From assembly GCA_965243025.1 (NCBI GenBank), contig CBDETY010000003.1, positions 4,384,001-4,448,000 on the forward strand: a stretch of DNA of 64,000 bases, given 5' to 3'. The position numbers and the translations under genes are program-made. Origin of the DNA: Candidatus Latescibacterota bacterium (lineage in GTDB: Bacteria; Latescibacterota; UBA2968; UBA8231). The notes under the pieces are model-generated. The model ran no database searches, was not told the origin of the DNA, and saw nothing but the letters and a program-made list of their open reading frames with translations. Shown here one piece after another: positions 17,158-26,808 of this stretch (its first letter is position 1; each line of letters starts with the position of its first letter).

Positions 17158-18612
17158 ATGACAGGCATAGGATACCCTTCATTCCGCACTCAGCTTAGCC
17201 ATCGGGTCCGTCGGATGCCAGCCTGCCTGGTCTTTCTCTTGCTTTCGCCCATCGGTCTTACAGGGCAGGAAGCCGGACAAGTGGAACTCTACACCCAGGA
17301 CGGCGTCCAGACGCGGTCCTACAATTCGCCAACAGTCGTGGACGTGGGCTTACCCACCCCGGTGGACATACCCTCGGCCGTGACCGGAACCGGACAGGGG
17401 ACGCGCCTGACCGAGGTGGAATTCGTGGTACGGGAGGGGGAAGGTGGTCGGGTAGCACAGAGCATACCCAACAATGGAATAGGCGGTATCACGGAGGATC
17501 TAGCGGGCAATCTGTGGGTGGCAACCGGAGGAGGCCTCAGCCGCTTCGACGGCCAAACCTGGACGACCTTCACTGGAGAGGATGGTCTTTCAAGCCGCGG
17601 AATCAGGGATGTGGAAGTGGATCTACAGGGGCATGTGTGGGCTATCGATGGGGCCGGCATCAGCCGCTTCGATGGTCAGAGGTGGCATCATTACAAAGGC
17701 ATGCCCAATGGGATAGATCTGGCTGCGGCGCCGAATGGGGATATCTGGTATGTCGCCGAATTCAAGCTTTATCGTTTCGATGGGGAGGACTGGTGGAAAT
17801 ACGGCTATGAAGATGGGATTCCTGATCGAGCCGAAATTGAACGGATAACAGTAGACCGGTCCGGTACCTTATGGGCCGCTTTTATCATACATGGCTTAGA
17901 TACAGAGGCTGAGCCAGATTGGTATATCCTAACCTCATTTGACGGCCACCAGTGGACCTCTTATCAGCTCTATGGGGGAGCAAAAGGGTTTTTTGAGGAT
18001 AGCAGGAATCGACTCTGGGTGGGATCAAGTGATGGCTTATATGTGAGGGAGAATCAGACGTGGCGTCGATACGACAGAGGCAGAAGGCGTTGGGTAGGAC
18101 ATATAAGTATGGCGGAATATGAGGATGGCAAATTCTGGATAAGGAATGGGAACGAATTTGGTTGGTTGGATGGAACCAAATGGACCTATTTTCCTTGGGA
18201 GGAATTCAGGCCTGGGGTTCTGTTGATGGATAGCCAAGGCAATCTATGGATCACCTCGCGCAACGGACTGTTGAAGTGGGCATCCAGGGATCTCCCTACG
18301 CATATTGAAGGACAATCTGACGCCACCGAACCTCGCTCTTTCAACCTGATGCAAAACTATCCGAATCCCTTTAATCGGGAGACCCATATTGGGTTTCACC
18401 TGGGGAAACGGGTGAATCTTTCCCTGCAAGTATTCAATGCGACCGGCCAATCGGTGGCCACCTTGATGGCCGGAGCCTACCCAGCCGGAGCCTATCAGAC
18501 CCATTGGGACGGGCGGGATGATCAGGGGCAGGCAGTGGCCAGTGGGCTCTATGTCTACCGGTTGAATACGAATTCCTGGGAGTCCAACCGCAAGATGGTT
18601 CTGGTCAAATAA
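17158..18612 (+). CDS. Secreted beta-propeller (Reg_prop-like) protein with FlgD-Ig/T9SS-like C-terminal domain, copy A
   Basis: Repeated EDxxGNLWxxTxGGLSRFDG blades; NYPNPFN...WDGRDDQGQAVASGLYVYRL...KMVLVK; start ATG 17158 or 17215. Confidence 0.85.
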   Translation: MTGIGYPSFRTQLSHRVRRMPACLVFLLLSPIGLTGQEAGQVELYTQDGVQTRSYNSPTVVDVGLPTPVDIPSAVTGTGQGTRLTEVEFVVREGEGGRVAQSIPNNGIGGITEDLAGNLWVATGGGLSRFDGQTWTTFTGEDGLSSRGIRDVEVDLQGHVWAIDGAGISRFDGQRWHHYKGMPNGIDLAAAPNGDIWYVAEFKLYRFDGEDWWKYGYEDGIPDRAEIERITVDRSGTLWAAFIIHGLDTEAEPDWYILTSFDGHQWTSYQLYGGAKGFFEDSRNRLWVGSSDGLYVRENQTWRRYDRGRRRWVGHISMAEYEDGKFWIRNGNEFGWLDGTKWTYFPWEEFRPGVLLMDSQGNLWITSRNGLLKWASRDLPTHIEGQSDATEPRSFNLMQNYPNPFNRETHIGFHLGKRVNLSLQVFNATGQSVATLMAGAYPAGAYQTHWDGRDDQGQAVASGLYVYRLNTNSWESNRKMVLVK

Positions 18613-18623
18613 GGGGCGCATAA

Positions 18624-21600
18624 ATGCTTATCGTGAAAATCAATCTTGAAATGGGTATTAAAGGACGTTATTCGAAAATATCCACTCTTGTGTTGCTGTT
18701 GGTTCTTAACACGGCGCTGCATGCGGAGTGTAGAATTGGGGTTTGGCAGCCGGGAGGGCTAATCGGGATAGGAGCAAACGCAGATACCTCTTTTACCCAA
18801 ACCGACGTGGATAGTCTCGAGTCGTTGGGAATTGATCTGCTGATTAATACGCCAGGAGTCAGTTACGATAGAAACAGAGTCCAGGATTTCGAAGAAAGTA
18901 TTATATCCCAGTGGAATGGTAGTGGAGGGTTTGTCGTGCATAAGGCAGCGGAAGACATCGCCCATCCTAACCCAGCCAATACATAGTATGATAATTTGAC
19001 GCGTTTTGCCGGGGATTTAGACTCGCTCAATGCTGGATATCACAATCCTTTAACTCCAGATGAGGTGGATCTCCTGGACGTAGTAGTTGATTCATTGGAA
19101 AGCAAGTGGGGCGATGAGGATGCTTTCTACGGCTACCAGATCGGCCATGAAATCGACTATCAGGGACACGGTATTTACGATTCGGACACGTATGACAACA
19201 TGGTCACCGTAATCAATACTATTCGGGACCACGATACCGAGCACCGCATTATTGCCATCGGGAACACAACAGACTCACGCTGGACATCGACGGAGCAGGA
19301 CAGCTTTCGTACCCACTTCTTTGGTCCAGACTCTCTATCGGGACCTGCCAATATCTTTATGCAGGAGATCTATGAGCTCCACCCTAATCATGACAATGAA
19401 ACTGAAGTCCAGGAGGAATTCAGGGAGATTATTTCCGGGTTGGGCGAAATTGGAGATATGGTGCGCACGGCGCTCAATGAAGATCGCAAGGCGGAGTGGC
19501 ATTTTATCCCCAATGTAGCAGATCAGTGGAACGACAGTTGTCGAGTTCAGTTTGGGCGAGGTCCAACCTATGCGGAGTTGAAGGCCCAGGTGAACCTCGC
19601 GTTATCACGGGGCGCCAAGGGGGTCACCTACTTTCTTTATACAAGCTCTGACCCTGATACGTCTATTGCGGCCAATTGTATAGATGACAATTATCGATAC
19701 GATGGCTTAGTTGAGCATGCGAATCCGAATCGCAATAAGAGGGGTCCTCACTGGAATAATGTAGAGATGGTCAACGACACGCTCCGAGTCCTTGGAGATG
19801 TACTCGCTCCTTTAACCTGGGAAGAGGCCTTTCCCGGTAGCGACATTCCAGCCGGCCGCTTTGTGGAAGCCGTGGGGGCCAACGATGATTCCCTTGAGTT
19901 TGGTAGGTTTACCGATTCGGACGACAATTACCGAGACTATTTGCTGGTTTTCAATAAATACGATCTCTGGGCTGGTACAACCATTCAAACCGTGGATATA
20001 ACCATAGATGTGGATGACCTGGAGTCGTCGGATAATGATCGAGGCATGTATGTTGTTACCGACGAACACTCCGGAAACCGTCAGGTGCACAGTACGGACA
20101 GCAACGGACGGTTTGTGCTGAAGGATATCACCTTGGCCGCGGGCGCTGCCAGGCTGTTCAAAATCGAGGAAACCGCCAGCCTGTCCGATACGCTGTCCAA
20201 CGAAGAATTGTGGTCGGGGGACATAGCGGTCAGCGGGGATGTAACCGTACCCTCTGGAGCGACACTCACAATAGAGCCTGGTTCGACGATCCAATTTGCG
20301 GCGGACTCGGATGACCAGAGCGGCCCCCCTTACCCGGGTTTGTGCGCGATCAAAGTACACGGAACGCTCGTAACGGAAGGCACCAGTACGAACCAGATTA
20401 CCTTTGAATCGGATGCGACCTCTCCAGAACGCGGCGATTGGGATGGGATTCTCTTCTGGGACAGCAGTGTCGACTCCCTTTGCAGGGTCAATCACGCCGT
20501 AATTAAGCATGCAAAAAAAGGCATTTTTACCTCATCGGCGACGCCGGCCGAGCTGAACAACAACGAGATTTCAGACTGCGTGTATGGCATCCAGGGCAAC
20601 ATGGTCAGCCCAACGATTCAGGGCAACACGTTGACGGATAATCTCTACGGGCTCTATTTGTACAATACCGAACAAGGCACCGGCATCCGGGACAATACTA
20701 TAACTGACAACGCAACGGTGGGACTCTACCTTTCAAACTGCTCGGTGCCCATATACGGCTGTACTGTCAACGATAACAATAAGGGCGTCGAAATCAGGGC
20801 GGAAACGACGTCGACGTTGGATAGTTGCAGGGTCGATTCAAGCACCTATTGGGGGATCTACGCATATGGCAACAATACCGATCCCGTGTTCGAGAACTGT
20901 CGGATTGCCCATAATGACACCGTCGGATTGCGCATGTACAATGAGACCGAGCCCGAGCTGGACGACCCTGACCACCCCAACGACTTTTACAGCAATGGCT
21001 CCTATGAACTCTTCCTGAAGGGGGATTCCCGCCCCTGGCTGGACGATGCCTTCTCAGGGCTCAACGACATTGTCCCAACGGGTTCTGGCTACGCGGTGTA
21101 TATCGATCAATCCGCGAATTACGATACGCTCTACGCACGGAACAACTATTGGGGTAGTAACAGTCCTTCTTCTTCCCTATTCTCGCCGGCATCCTACATC
21201 ATTTATTCGCCTGTCGACACTACCGAAAACTTCATCGGTGCCCCAAAGGTTGTCGTAGATGGTGTTGCTGTGCAACTGGAGCAGGCCCGGGCACTGGAGA
21301 ATGCGGGACAGCTGAGGGCGGCGTCGGAAGTTTACCGAGAAGTGGTCGAGGACCACCCGGACCATCCCAAGGCGCCGCGCGCGCTGAGTCGACTCTACAC
21401 CACGTGGCGCAACAGTGGGCAAGACATGCTAGCATTTTCCGAGCTTGCCCGTGATCTTGAACAACAGGCGGGCACTCCGGAAATGCTCCGGAAGGCTCGG
21501 GCGTGGAAGCTGCGGAGTTTGCTGAATGCTGGACGGATTGCCGAGGCGCTGGAGGGCTATCGGGGGATAGCGGCGCCGGCGCCAACGTCACCCGAGGGCG

Positions 21601-22106
21601 GATGGGCTCGGATCAACATAGCGGATGTCTACCACCACTACCTGTTCGATATTGAAGCGGCGCGAGCCCAATATGAGGCGATAGCGGCTGACTTTGCTGG
21701 AGAAGAGGAAGGCGAGCTAGCCCGGATGGCGCTGGCTGATTTGGATGGGTGGGTAAGTATGGGACCTGCCAGTCCGGAGTTGGTGGATTACGCCACACAA
21801 GAAGAGCTCCCCTTGGAGGAGGAGCCCTCGGGGGTTGTTCTGGAGGCCCTGCCGAATCCGGCCAACCCGGCGATGGCTCTTCGGTTCACGCTGCCCGAGG
21901 CTATGCAAGTAGAGCTTGTGATCTTCAACATGCTGGGGCAGAAGGTGCGGACGCTGGTTCCCTTTGGACCGTGGCTGGCGGGGGGGCATAGGGTGGTATG
22001 GGATGGCAAGAACAGCCAAGGGCGCTCAGTGAGCACCGGGGTCTATGTGGCCAAACTCCTCGCCGGGAAGCAGGTCAAGAACCGGAAGGTGCTGATCCTC
22101 CGGTAG
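18624..22106 (+). pseudogene. Large secreted multidomain protein (GH-like TIM barrel, beta-helix, TPR, FlgD-Ig) interrupted by one in-frame TAG at 18984-18986
   Basis: ORFs 18624-18986 and 18996-22106 share a frame (ANT*YDNLTRF); signal peptide in the first part; YGYQIGHE, LALSRGAKGVTYFLY, parallel beta-helix repeats, ARNNYWG, TPR, PNPANP...WDGKNSQG. Confidence 0.75.
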
Positions 22107-22243
22107 TCAGGCGATGCGACCGGCGGCGATCCGGTCCAGCACGGCCTGGGCGCGGGCTTCGGCCGACGGATGCCCGTCGGTCTCGACCACGACCCCCCGC
22201 ATGCCCCGGTGGGGTGACAGGGTCGCCTGGTGGTAGGCCAGGA

Positions 22244-22326
22244 ACCTACCCCCTCCAGATAGGTCCGGATCGAGGCCGGATCGGTGAGGGCGGCCAGATC
22301 CGCAGGCGCCCGCCACAGGCCGGGCA
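22244..22326 (-). mobile_element. Frameshifted remnant resembling an IS91/ISCR-family transposase C-terminus (copy B)
   Basis: Minus strand CPACGGRLRI, 1-nt deletion relative to copy A, then AALTDPASIRTYLEGVG. Confidence 0.55.
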
Positions 22327-23924
22327 GCCGCTGAGGGACGAAGGATCGGTGGGATGTCGTCCCGGCAGCACAGTCGAGATCGGCGCCAACGGCCGGTGGA
22401 TGGACTTCGAACCAATCTATTATGGGGAAGCATGTGTTATGACAGGCATAGGATACACCTCATCTCGCACTCAGCTTAGCCATCCGGTCCGTCGGATGGG
22501 AGCCTGCCTGGTCTTTCTCTTGCTTTGGCCCATCGGTCTTATGGGGCAGCAAGACGGACAGGTGGAACTCTATACCCAGGACGGGGTACAGACGCGGTCG
22601 TACAATGCCCCCACCGTTGTGGATGTGGGCTTGCCCACCCCGGTGGACATACCCTCGGCCGTGACCGGAACCGGGCAGGGAACGCGTCTGACCGAGGTGG
22701 AATTCGTGGTACGCGAGGGGGAAGGTGGACGGGTAGCAAAGGGCATACCCCATAATGTGATTGGGGGGGGTATCGCGGAGGATCTAGCGGGCAATCTGTG
22801 GGTGGCAACCAGTGGCGGACTCAGCCGTTTCGACGGCCAGACGTGGACGACTTTCGACCAGGAGGACGGTCTTTCAAGCCGCGGAAGCGGAATATGGGAT
22901 GTGGACGTGGATCAACAGGGGCATGTATGGGTTAGCGATGGTGTCGGCATCAGCCGCTTCGATGGTCAGAGGTGGCGTCATTACAAGGGCATGTCAAATG
23001 GGATGCATATGGCTGCGGCGCCGAACGGGGATATGTGGTTTGTAGTCAGTCAGCAGCTCTATCGTTTCGATGGGGAGGATTGGTGGATATACGGCTATGA
23101 CGATGGGATTCCCGATCGAGCCCATATTCACCAGATAATAGTAGATCGGGCCGGTACTATTTGGATGGATTTCATCATTCACGACTTAGACAGGGAGGCC
23201 GAGCCAGACTGGTATAGCCTTATATCCTTCGACGGACGCCAGTGGATGGCTTACCGGCTCCATGGGGGGGGGCCAAAGAACTTCTTTGTGGATAGAAGGA
23301 ACCGACTCTGGACGGGTTCAAATGAGGGTTTGTACGTTAGGGAGAATCAGACGTGGAGACTATACGAGCGAGACGGAAGACGCTGGGTCGGATATATAAG
23401 TATGGCGGAAGATGAAGCTGGCAAATTCTGGATAAGGAATGGGAACGAATTTGGCTGGTTGGAGGGAACCACCTGGACCTATTTCCCTTGGGAGGAATTC
23501 AGGCCTGGGGTTCTGTTGATGGATAGCCAAGGCAATCTATGGATCACCTCGCGCAACGGACTGTTGAAGTGGGCATCCAGGGATCTCCCTACGCATATTG
23601 AAGGACAATCGGACGCCACCGAACCTCGCTCTTTCAACCTGATGCAAAACTATCCGAATCCCTTTAATCGGGCGACCCGAATTGGGTTTCACCTGGGAAA
23701 ACGGGTGGACCTTTCCCTGCAAGTATTCAATGCGACCGGCCAATCGGTGGCCACCTTGATGGCCGGGGTCTACCCAGCCGGGGCCTATCAGACCCATTGG
23801 GACGGACGCGATGATCAGGGGCAGGCAGTGGCCAGTGGACTCTATGTCTACCGGTTGAATACGAATTCCTGGGAGTCCAACCGCAAGATGGTTCTGGTCA
23901 AATAAGGGGCGCATAAATGCTTAT
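22283..23924 (+). repeat. Direct repeat copy B
   Basis: See copy A; the last ~500 bp are near-identical. Confidence 0.92.
22439..23905 (+). CDS. Secreted beta-propeller protein with FlgD-Ig/T9SS-like C-terminal domain, copy B
   Basis: Paralogue of 17158-18612 with the same architecture. Confidence 0.85.
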   Translation: MTGIGYTSSRTQLSHPVRRMGACLVFLLLWPIGLMGQQDGQVELYTQDGVQTRSYNAPTVVDVGLPTPVDIPSAVTGTGQGTRLTEVEFVVREGEGGRVAKGIPHNVIGGGIAEDLAGNLWVATSGGLSRFDGQTWTTFDQEDGLSSRGSGIWDVDVDQQGHVWVSDGVGISRFDGQRWRHYKGMSNGMHMAAAPNGDMWFVVSQQLYRFDGEDWWIYGYDDGIPDRAHIHQIIVDRAGTIWMDFIIHDLDREAEPDWYSLISFDGRQWMAYRLHGGGPKNFFVDRRNRLWTGSNEGLYVRENQTWRLYERDGRRWVGYISMAEDEAGKFWIRNGNEFGWLEGTTWTYFPWEEFRPGVLLMDSQGNLWITSRNGLLKWASRDLPTHIEGQSDATEPRSFNLMQNYPNPFNRATRIGFHLGKRVDLSLQVFNATGQSVATLMAGVYPAGAYQTHWDGRDDQGQAVASGLYVYRLNTNSWESNRKMVLVK

Positions 23925-23926
23925 TT

Positions 23927-24223
23927 ATGACAGGCATAGGATACACCTCATCTCATACCGCACTCAACTTAGCCCTCTCGTTCGCCGGATGGCAGCCCGC
24001 TTGGTCTTTCTCTTGCTTTGGCCCATTGGTCTTATAGGGCAGGAAACCGGCCAGGTAGCGCTTTATACCACCACCGGGGTTGAAATGCGATCTCTCAATG
24101 CGCCGGCGGTAGTGGATGTGGACCCGCCCATACAAGGTGGAAGTGGCATCAGCCGTGACCGGAACCGGGCAGGGGACGCGTCTGACCGATGTGCAGGCGG
24201 TTGTGAGGGAGGGAGTCGGCGGC
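23927..24223 (+). pseudogene. Third, truncated and frameshifted copy of the propeller gene 5' end
   Basis: ATGACAGGCATAGGATACACC..., LVFLLLWPIGLIGQE, then SAVTGTGQGTRLTDV...VVREG in a different frame; no propeller or CTD follows. Confidence 0.8.
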
Positions 24224-24820
24224 ACTCAAGCGGCAGGACTAGCTCATGAGAAGGTTGGCCGGAAAGGGCTCCTGATTGATCCAGATGGCGATTGGCATGG
24301 TGCCTGGCCGCCTGCAATGGCCGGACCACCCGTGCTCGCATCCATCGTGGCCCGGAAACCTGCTCTATCCCCTGTGTTGGGCAGCGCACGGGAGTGTGAA
24401 GATTCCCTCACATTCCCACTGATTTCCGGCGTGGCCCCGTAATACGACTTGGACGAATCGATGGCCGTACGCCCGGCCGTCCCTTTTCCGGTTCACGGCG
24501 GCGGTAGGCGGAAGGGCGGACAGGTGCTGTGGCCGGCATGGTGCCTGACCGCCAGCAATGGCCGGACCCCTGCGGTACCGCCGACGTGGGAAGGGCGGGA
24601 AATACCCAAAGGCCCAACGCCTGGTCAGCGGCAGCGGAGTTTCGCAGACTCTTTTGAAGCCGCTTGCAGCGGGTCAAGCACTGCGGTCGAAAGCGACTCC
24701 CGAGTGGAGCCGCACTATTGGACTGGCCTCCAGGACAGGAAGCGACCGCACCGGGATGGAGGGGAAGCGCACCGCCGGAGCCCCTGCCACCGGGAGTGAA
24801 GGCCGCCCTACGAAAGGCAA

Positions 24821-25816
24821 ATGATGACTGACAGGATTCGCTGGGGATTCCTCGCTACCGGCTGGATGGCGGAGATGTTCGCGGAGGGCATGTCGGTGGT
24901 GCCTGACGCCGAGATCGCCGCGGTCGGCTCCCGCGCCCCCGATACCGCCGACGCCTTCGGCGACCGCTTCGAAGTCCCGCGGCGCTACGGCTCGTACGCC
25001 GAGCTCGTCGCCGACCCCGGCATCGACATCGTCTACGTCAGCAGTCCGCACCCCTTCCACCGCGAGCACACCCTGCTCGCCCTGGAGGCGGGCAAGCCGG
25101 TGCTGTGCGAAAAGCCGTTCGCCCTGAACGCCGGCGAGGCCGGTGAGATGATCGCCGCGGCGCGCTCGCGCAAGCTGTTCCTGATGGAGGCGATGTGGGC
25201 CCGCTTCATCCCGGGGATGATCAAGGTGCGGGAATGGCTCGACTCCGGGGCCATCGGCGAGGTGCGCATGCTCGACGCCGAGTTCGGCTTCCGCGCCCGC
25301 TTCGATCCCACGCAACGGCTGTTCAACCCCCAACTGGGAGGCGGCAGCCTGCTCGACATCGGCATCTATACCCTCGCCTTCGCCTCGATGGTCCTGGGGC
25401 CGCACCCCGACCGCGTCGAGGCTTTGGCCGAGATGGGGAGGAGCGGGGTCGACGACCAGGCGGCCGTGCTGCTCGGGTACTCCGGCGGGCAGATCGCCGT
25501 GCTGCGCAGCGCCGTGCGCACCACCTTCGAGGGCCGCGCCCGCATCCACGGAACCGGGGGCATGATCACCCTGGACCCGCCCTTCCACAGGACCGAGCGC
25601 GTCACCCTCGAGTCCGGTGGGCGCACCGAGCGCTACGAGTTCCCGCTGCGCCGCAACGGCTACGAGTTCGAAGCGGAGGCGGTGAACGGGTACCTGCGCG
25701 CCGGCAAGCTCGAAAGCGACGCCATCCCCCTCGACGAGACCCTCGCGCTGGTCCGCCTCATGGACCGCATCCGCGGTATATGGGGGCTGAAGTACCCCGC
25801 CGAGAGGAGCTCCTGA
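24821..25816 (+). CDS. Gfo/Idh/MocA family oxidoreductase
   Basis: IRWGFLATG, CEKPFALN, GGGSLLDIGIY. Confidence 0.9.
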   Translation: MMTDRIRWGFLATGWMAEMFAEGMSVVPDAEIAAVGSRAPDTADAFGDRFEVPRRYGSYAELVADPGIDIVYVSSPHPFHREHTLLALEAGKPVLCEKPFALNAGEAGEMIAAARSRKLFLMEAMWARFIPGMIKVREWLDSGAIGEVRMLDAEFGFRARFDPTQRLFNPQLGGGSLLDIGIYTLAFASMVLGPHPDRVEALAEMGRSGVDDQAAVLLGYSGGQIAVLRSAVRTTFEGRARIHGTGGMITLDPPFHRTERVTLESGGRTERYEFPLRRNGYEFEAEAVNGYLRAGKLESDAIPLDETLALVRLMDRIRGIWGLKYPAERSS

Positions 25817-25819
25817 CCA

Positions 25820-26791
25820 ATGCTATACGGCGACCTTCCGTTCGCCCGGGTGCGGCCCTCGCGCCTCGTGTTCGGCACGGTCTCGCTGAACGAGGAGGAG
25901 CTCGAGGCCGGCTTCGACCTTCTCGACGCCGCCTTCGACGCCGGGTACAACGCCTTCGACACCGCGGCGCTCTACGGCGGCGGCACCTGCGAGCGGGTGC
26001 TCGGCCGCTGGATGGAGGCGCGCGGCAACCGGGACGAGGTCTTCGTCATCGGCAAGGGGGCGCATCACAACGCCGACCGCCGCCGCGTCACCTCTTTCGA
26101 CATCACCGCCGACCTGTTCGATTCCCTGGCGCGGCAGCGCCACGGCCGCATCGACCTGCACCTGCTGCACCGGGACGACCCGGACTGCGGCGTCGGTCCG
26201 ATCGTCGAGATCCTCAACGAGCACCTCGATGCCGGCCGCATCGGCGCCTTCGGCGGCTCCAACTGGACCGCACGGCGCATCGCCGAGGCCAACGAGTACG
26301 CCGGAAAGCACGGGCTGGTCCCGTTCGCCGCCAGCAGCCCCAACCTCAGCCTCGCGGTGCAGGCGCAGCCGCCCTGGGCCGACTGCCTGTCCCTGTCGGG
26401 GCCGGACGGGGCCGCCGACCGCGACTGGTACCGGCAGCAGGGGATGCCGCTGTTCACCTGGTCGAGCCTGGCCGGGGGGTTCTTCTCCGGGCGGCTGACG
26501 CGGCAGAACCGGAAAGAGGTGGGCGAGGAGTTCGGCGAGTGGTTCACCGACTGCTACTTCACGGAAGGCAACTTCGAGCGCCTCGACCGCGCCGGGGAGC
26601 TGGCCGCAGAAAAGGGGGTGTCGGTGCCGCAGATCGCCCTGGCCTGGGTCCTGCACCAGGACCTCGACATCTACGCCCTGGTGGCCCCGCGCAACGCGCG
26701 CGAGTGCGAGGAGAACGCCGCCGTGTTCGACATCGAGCTCACCGGCGCCGAGTTCGAGTGGCTCGACCTGCGGCGCGAGCAACTTTTTTGA
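25820..26791 (+). CDS. Aldo/keto reductase
   Basis: FDTAALY, IGKG, LLHRDD, GGSNW, QIALAW. Confidence 0.9.
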   Translation: MLYGDLPFARVRPSRLVFGTVSLNEEELEAGFDLLDAAFDAGYNAFDTAALYGGGTCERVLGRWMEARGNRDEVFVIGKGAHHNADRRRVTSFDITADLFDSLARQRHGRIDLHLLHRDDPDCGVGPIVEILNEHLDAGRIGAFGGSNWTARRIAEANEYAGKHGLVPFAASSPNLSLAVQAQPPWADCLSLSGPDGAADRDWYRQQGMPLFTWSSLAGGFFSGRLTRQNRKEVGEEFGEWFTDCYFTEGNFERLDRAGELAAEKGVSVPQIALAWVLHQDLDIYALVAPRNARECEENAAVFDIELTGAEFEWLDLRREQLF

Positions 26792-26808
26792 GAGGAGAAC
26801 GTCCGGCC

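Larger units (their letters stand above)
17001..18631 (+). repeat. Direct repeat copy A (~1.63 kb); copy B at 22283-23924
   Basis: Both copies begin GGTGAGGGCGGCCA(C)GATCCGCAGGCGCCCGCCACAGG and end GTCAAATAAGGGGCGCATAAATGCTTAT. Confidence 0.92.

Noticed and set aside
17158-23905. Diversity-generating retroelement TR/VR pair
   Set aside because: Differences include indels and are not adenine-specific by eye; no reverse transcriptase in the window.
24224-24820. Possible IS end or short ORFs at the right island border
   Set aside because: No matching inverted repeat partner, target duplication or coding signal identified.
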